From contig RDEW01000061.1 in NCBI GenBank assembly GCA_011109175.1, positions 62,001-126,000 of the forward strand: a DNA stretch of 64,000 bases. Reading direction: 5' to 3'. Below are positions 59,884 through 64,000 of this stretch, piece by piece. How positions within the stretch are numbered: the stretch's first letter is position 1; every line of letters starts with the position of its first letter. Both the position numbers and the translations under genes were made by a program. Below the pieces are notes generated by a model. The model did no database searches. It had not been told where the DNA came from and worked only from the letters and a program-made list of their open reading frames with translations. Source of the DNA: Dicyema japonicum. Taxonomy: Eukaryota; Animalia; Dicyemida.

Positions 59884-60249
59884 ATGGATAATCCTCCGCC
59901 TTATTCGGCTGAACAAGAAAATGAATGCCCTCCATATTCCCAGGGACCGACTGCCACCACTCAGTTTACAACCAATCCGAATGTGACTGATGTGCAACCT
60001 CAGATTACCACAAATCCAAGTGTTCCTAATGAACATCCTCATCACGGAGTTGTTGCTTTCTTTCAAAATAATGGAATATGTAGAAGTTGTGAAGTATTTA
60101 TTAATGTAATAAATTAGGTCGGCTACATTGTGTCTTCCTACACTTGTTGTGGGATATATTTAGGAATTATCTTTTTTCCTATAGGAATCATTTGCTGTAT
60201 ATTGATGACTGAAAAAAAGTGTTCTTACTGTGGAATGACTTATGGCTAA
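59884..60249 (+). CDS. BRI3: Brain protein I3-like membrane protein, copy B
   Basis: Paralogue of 56872-57237 with the same 24-nt intron; SYTCCGIYLGIIFFPIGIICCILMTEKKCSYCG. Confidence 0.85.
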
Positions 60250-60771
60250 TTTAGTTACATTATTTTTATTAACTGTTTATTAACCTTATTAAAAAGAATC
60301 TTATTATTCATTGATTTTTGAGTGAGTATCAATTTGAACCCGACAAATATAGACCGACTGTATGTGTTGAGGTCTAAACAAGGTCGTGGTCTAGATAATC
60401 TTGTGCTAAACGGGAAGTTACCGAAGTAGGTCACATGCTTATTTATAGATCATAATGATAGATATCATTATACGGATCTATGCTACCAGCAGTAGGGGAA
60501 CAGGTTAGATTTCTATAAGTTTTTTTATATAGAAAACGATCATAATTTTATATTCAAGCAAACTATAAAGACTATAACTAAAAGAACTGTACTCAGAACT
60601 GGTTCTATGCAGATAACACATACCTCATCTCAAAAAAGCTGATTTTGTCAATTCTAAGGATTTAAGATCAATCACATGTTTGTCTGGCTCGTTTTAACAT
60701 TTGATTAGCAATTTAATGTAAAATAAATTTTCTTATCTTTCACTTCCTTCTTAGCCTTATAATTAGTAATA

Positions 60772-61442
60772 CATTCCAACCTCGCAAATTGGCCAATTTT
60801 GTTCTTTAGATTTTTGTGGCCAATTTAAACAAATAAAATCAATAATTTTGAAGAACAATAACAAAGATTTTTTAGATAAAATGTCTTAAATTAATAAAAA
60901 ACGTATTCATGTTTATTAAAATAAAATTTAATTCCTAATTGTTTCTTTTTTTGCTACAATAATGCTCGCTTTGTACTTTCTTACTTAAGAAAATAGAGAA
61001 ACTTTATGTTCATTTTCAATTTAGACTCTACTACATCCATTCATTCTTTAATTTCTGTTCAAGTTTTGGAAACTTTGGCTTAGATGCAGCTTTAAAAAAC
61101 GGTTGATATTTTTAGAATCTTTCAATGTAGCATCCTTCTTCAGTAAAAGATTATTTATTATTTTTTCGATAACGTCTTTTGAAACAAGTTCGAGAATCTA
61201 TCAGCTAATTTCTGGCACAAAATAGCATTATTTTCTTCTATATAATTTATAATTTGAGTTTTTTCATTAAAAGTAACGCAAATACATCGTCCACAAGAAG
61301 CATTGGATGTTAATAAATTTTTCATTTTTTTCAATTTTTATTAAGAATTGGCCAATTAATTAGGAGAATAGGATTTTTCTTAGAAATTTTTTTTCCAAAA
61401 TGTGGCCAATTTAAAAATTGACCAATTTGCAAGAATCGACTG
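60772..61442. mobile_element. pogo/Tigger-type non-autonomous DNA transposon
   Basis: TA on both sides; imperfect ~30-bp TIR (cattccaacctcgcaaattggccaatttt vs reverse cagtcgattcttgcaaattggtcaatttt); internal KFPKLEQKLKE remnant of a CENP-B-type HTH on minus strand. Confidence 0.7.
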
Positions 61443-61829
61443 TATATTCTTCCGTATTCTCAGTTATTTTTTGAGATGGTCAGTTACCACAAGCATTACC
61501 ATATGGCTAGGATTCCTCACCAGTATCCATCTCCCTTTTAACAGATCTTGAAGTTTTATATACGAGTCTCTAACGATTAATTTATAAAATTAGTCATTTT
61601 GTTCTGTATCACCATTTTCATTAGCTCTATCAGATAGTTTTCTTAGGTGCGAGCTTCTTATTTAAGTCTTATAGCGCAAGCTTGATAGCTGCTCTTCTTG
61701 TCTTTTCTTAGATATTATCTGGTTTTTCCTAGAGGTGTATTACCAGCCATCATATCCGTAAACAAGCGAAGGGAAAATGAGCCGTTAGAACATGCAACCA
61801 TAAGGACAAATGTTCATTTTTACCAGGAA

Positions 61830-62090
61830 GGGATGTATTCAAGTTTAATAGAAATGTATTCTGATTATACACTCAGAGAAAAATAATCCGATGTTGAGAT
61901 AACTGCCTTCTATTCATACCTTCCTGAAAAGTTTACAAACTTCAGAAAGTTTTCAACAAACATTATGGCAATGTTCGGTCCCACCTATTCGTGAACAGTA
62001 GTTTCATTTATAAAATCAACAAAATCTTCTCAGAGAATAAGACTGACTGATGAATACTTGTCATCTGATCCAGGTCGGAACTGCTAATAC
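61830..62090 (+). mobile_element. hAT (Buster/Charlie-type) transposase C-terminal fragment
   Basis: LIEMYSD...FYSYLPEKF...MFGPTYS...RIRLTDEYL matches the hAT dimerisation-domain pattern. Confidence 0.6.
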
Positions 62091-62207
62091 ATTTCAGATA
62101 TACGAAAACTTGTCATGAAAAAGAGGCACCCCAGGACAAAACAAAAAACTGAAACTGAAAACAAATCTATTCCTCACGATCCTCCAGCTTCTGAATACTC
62201 ATAAAAT

Positions 62208-64000
62208 GTGTTTATACAGATTTCTGTTACATCGAGTAAGGGAGCCATCAAAATTTCTAACGTGCTGTACTCGTTTGAATTGACGGAGTCTATCAGATTG
62301 AGTCACAAAAACTCCGGGATCTTCCGTCTCGAATTCAGAAAAAAAGAGGACAAAAGGAACTTTTGTGAACACGTGAATGCTACTTCACCTTTTGGTCTTG
62401 GAAACCATTGCTTCAGTGAAATCCAAGTGAGACCGTTCGAAATTGTGTTGAAAAACCTGCCCTTTTCGATTGATGATAACGACCTTTATGAACTTGTCAA
62501 GTAATTTGCTTCCTTAGTACGAGCATATGCCGTTTCTACTCAGTCGGCACCTAAAATTCGTCGAAAATCGAACGATGTCCTACCCAATATAACAGAGAAG
62601 GTATACACAGAAATATCGGAGATTATGTTACGACTATACTATCTGTGCTCGATTGTACATGTGGATTTAATGGAGATGGTGACCTTGGCTTTGAAGAAGC
62701 AAGGTCACCCAAATGTTTGAAGCAAGGACTAAAAATAGTGCTAGTGAATGCCTGATCTCTAGGGAAACGGCATAATGAACTAGCACTACTTGCGAGGGGC
62801 TCCAAGATCGACATCTGGGTGGTCAATGAGACTAAATTAAAGAAAGTGAATAGTAATATAATTGCTGGATACAATTCCGTTGACATTTTATTAAGGCTGG
62901 AATGGGAACGCCTATTTTCTACCGGGACTGCCTCCGAATTCGTAATTCAAAAGTCGATTGTGATGTATTGTGTGAATTTGTAAGCATGGACGTTTGTTGC
63001 GACGGAGTATGGATTAGTGATGGAGGTCTGTACTCTAAGAATCTTGAAACTTGTTCTACATATATCTCTGAGTTCTACAACAAGAATCCCTATACTATCT
63101 TAATTGGCGATCTTAACTCGAAGATTACTAGTTATGGTTGTACCAAGAAAAATCAGGATGGACGACGTTTAGAATTATTGTCTGATTCATGTTGCTTTGT
63201 GATCCTTACATCGGATGACCCAAATCATTTTTCTTATCATGGTGAGGACAAACTCGGCGTATTCCTTATTTTGCCAGCTCTATGTGGGAAAGCCAAAACC
63301 TCCATGGGATATCAGGAGCGACCATATTCCAAAAAAATCGGTTATTAGTATGAGGCCTGATGTTATGGAAGATGTTTTCTTGAGGTTCAACATATTTTAT
63401 TTGATTCTATCCAATAATTTGTGTTTTTCATTTGATTCTATCCAACTATAGGGTCTTCAAATACAATAATTTGTGTGTTCTACCGAGAGAGTTTTCAACC
63501 ATATAAGATATCAATACTGCAAGTCGAGAAGTAGCGAATCTCATGCAGTCATATCTTAACCTATATGCTTGGAGGGTGTTTTTAAAAAATAATCATTATT
63601 TTGTTTCGCCAATTATTATGAGGCTTATTCGTAAGAGGAATCGCCTAAAGGCAAAGCTAAGGCGTTGTGTCGACAAAATAGGCGGTGAATTCATATCTGC
63701 CAGAATCAGGATGATGAAGGAGGCAATCAGAAGTATATGGAAGGAGGAAACTGACCGTAGATAGAAGGCTGAGGCTGCAAAAATTTATATGTAGAATCCC
63801 TTTTTTTGGAAATGCTATCAGAAGATAATGTGTCCGAAGTCGGGAGCAGAAAAAATTATATTGAATAAACCAGATGGGGAAGAATGCATGATGGAGGAAA
63901 CACCTTCGATATTCAAGGATCAGCACCAAAAAATTCAGATTGTGGATACGTGGAGTTTGATCCCTGATGACAAAAAGAAGGTGTCTGCCGATATATTTTA
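62208..64000 (+). mobile_element. APE LINE with ORF1 remnant (Jockey/I group), continues past window end
   Basis: ORF1-like EIVLKNLPFSIDD; APE motifs IDIWVVNETKL and LIGDLNSK; post-APE helical linker. Confidence 0.7.

Overview
AT-rich eukaryotic (animal) genomic DNA, not prokaryotic; no CRISPR, rRNA or true tRNA genes found. About 15 compact host genes (~13.6 kb) are split by spliceosomal micro-introns of mostly 20-26 nt: WD40 protein, ArfGAP1, ALG10, a DH-PH-Ig-FN3-pseudokinase (Trio/Kalirin-like), p24/TMED, SLC25A32, V-ATPase C, claudin-like, synaptogyrin, torsin, CCDC169, TIPRL, RBX1 and two BRI3 paralogues. Micro-introns plus animal-type genes suggest a reduced parasite such as a dicyemid, or less likely a myxozoan (inference). 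Roughly half of the window is intergenic retroelement DNA: CRE-like REL LINEs (some with a PHD finger), RTE LINEs, Ingi/Vingi-like LINEs, a Jockey/CR1-group family, R4/NeSL-like fragments, a tRNA-derived SINE (3 copies) and DNA-transposon relics. Best leads: (1) a TSD-flanked CRE insertion whose 5' 2.9 kb is inverted, the footprint of twin priming; (2) virus-like 2A StopGo peptides in front of the APE domain of two LINEs; (3) ArfGAP1 and ALG10 only 16 nt apart or overlapping; (4) a 25-nt GC-AG intron in RBX1; (5) BRI3 paralogues with a strong excess of amino-acid-changing differences. All splicing, translation and alignment was done by eye; TE boundaries without TSDs are approximate.
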